Assembly: GCA_964016885.1 (NCBI GenBank)
Contig: OZ024744.1
Location: forward strand, 79,856,001-79,920,000
From: Eledone cirrhosa
Taxonomy: Eukaryota
DNA length: 64,000 bases
Direction: 5' to 3'
A program made the translations under genes and the position numbers. The notes below the pieces were generated by a model, which was given only the letters and a program-made list of their open reading frames with translations, was not told the DNA's origin and did not search any database. Below are positions 62,663 to 64,000 of this stretch, piece after piece (positions within the stretch are counted from its first letter, which is position 1; the number at the start of each line of letters is the position of its first letter).

Positions 62663-63135
62663 TCATCATCCTCATCATACGTCTGCTTTTCCCTGCTTAC
62701 AAGGGTTGGACGGGTGCTGTTCAGCACAGCATCTCTCCATTTGGCAGTCCCGCGTCATCTCCTCTGTGAGCTTTAGTCAGCACTCACCACTTTTGCACAT
62801 GTTTTCGTGGTCTTCCTTCCACTAGGATTTCTTGGCACTTCTTCACCCAGCAGTCATCTTCTATGTGCATCACATGTCCATACCAACACAGTCTTCTCTC
62901 CCGTATACTACAACTTATCCCTCTTATACAAGGTTTCTCTCTCAACTCATCTATGCTTGGTCGTTCACTCACATTGATATGGCACATCTATCAGAGCATC
63001 CTTGCTTCATTTCTCTCCAGCCTTCACACACCCTCTGCAGTTGCTGCCCATATCTCACTACCATGCAACATCACGCATCTCACACAGGCATCATATAACC
63101 AACCTTTCATTTGTAGGGAGAAACCCTTCGTTATC
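62663..63135 (-). mobile_element. RTE family B 3' fragment
   Basis: KGFSLQMKG.LYDACV..ERRLCWYGHVMHIEDD; cccttgtaagcaggg tail. Confidence 0.9.
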
Positions 63136-63641
63136 ATATGGGTTAAATTATTTACTTCATATTTAACTTCACAAGGATGATAGCTGTCTAGCAATAATGT
63201 TTAATACTAATGCCCCCCTCACATAGAATGTATAGAACTCTATAGAACCAGGAGTTATTAGAAGCAACAGTAATCCAGTGATAGTAGAACACAGAAGGAA
63301 AATGCTGAAGGCTATTTAGAGCAATACTACGTTTCCCCTCAATGTGCAGCTTTCCATATACTTGCCAGAAGTGTAGGGCTCAGTTACATTACTGGGCCTC
63401 TTGCTGGAAGAAGGAAGCTCAGTGACCTCATGTTAGCGGAAGGACTAGTAGTGTTGCCTACCTTTTTTTATCAGTTTTGACTATCTTGTTGAGCTGAAGT
63501 GTCTGTGGTTTGAGCTCAAGTATATGTTCTAAGTTGTGGTATGTGGTAAGTAGGTAGGGCTTTTCTCCTGGATATATCCCATCTGGACAAGGTCAACAAT
63601 AGGAGAGGACCAGTGAGCTAGGTGAGGTTACACATTTCCAT

Positions 63642-64000
63642 TACTACACCTGATGTTCCCCCCTCCATACACATGCATACTCTGAAAACCTTGCTTCCCT
63701 GGGTATGGATATATTAAAGCTCTGATGCCTGGCAATTGACTTGGTAGATGCCCACAAGATTATTAACCATCTTTCCAACAACAACCCTGAGCATCTTTTT
63801 GAATTCCATATGTCTAACACCCGTGGACATGCTTACAAAGTCAGAAAACAGTACAGCTCCCATGACTTTCGGAAACATTTTTTCATGGTCAGAGTTACTG
63901 AAGCATGGAACAAACTACCTGCATCAGTTGTTAGCTGTTGGAACACTGCATCCTTCAAAAATATCTATGCCTCCTGAAATTCGCTAACACTAAACCTGAT
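63642..64000 (+). mobile_element. CR1-clade LINE 3' fragment (runs off the window)
   Basis: LASLGMDILKL..DLVDAHKIINHL..NTRGHAYKVRKQ..RKHFFMVRVTEAWNKLPASVV. Confidence 0.85.

Overview
This is repeat-dense, AT-rich animal genomic DNA. The repeat repertoire suggests a coleoid cephalopod such as Octopus (inference): (TA)n/(CA)n oceans, tRNA-derived SINEs, and RTE, CR1, R4/Dong and CRE LINE remnants. The main features are two young, near-identical, near-full-length RTE-clade non-LTR retrotransposons in inverted orientation (about 17026-20748 on + and 49800-53610 on -). Their single ORF encodes an APE endonuclease plus a reverse transcriptase with a C4HC3 PHD-like finger inserted inside the RT domain. 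Each copy has a different 1-bp homopolymer frameshift near the N-terminus. The window also holds a set of minimal type I hammerhead-ribozyme motifs in Penelope-like/retrozyme-like repeats: one canonical motif (13706-13750, -), a fold-back carrying one on each strand (35657-36168), and a U3-A8 compensatory-core variant (33748-33783). Other content includes long palindromes, SINE-LINE module exchange, a minisatellite grown inside a CR1 3' end, MITEs, and two or three weak candidate minus-strand host exons. No host gene could be named. Coordinates of degenerate repeats are approximate.
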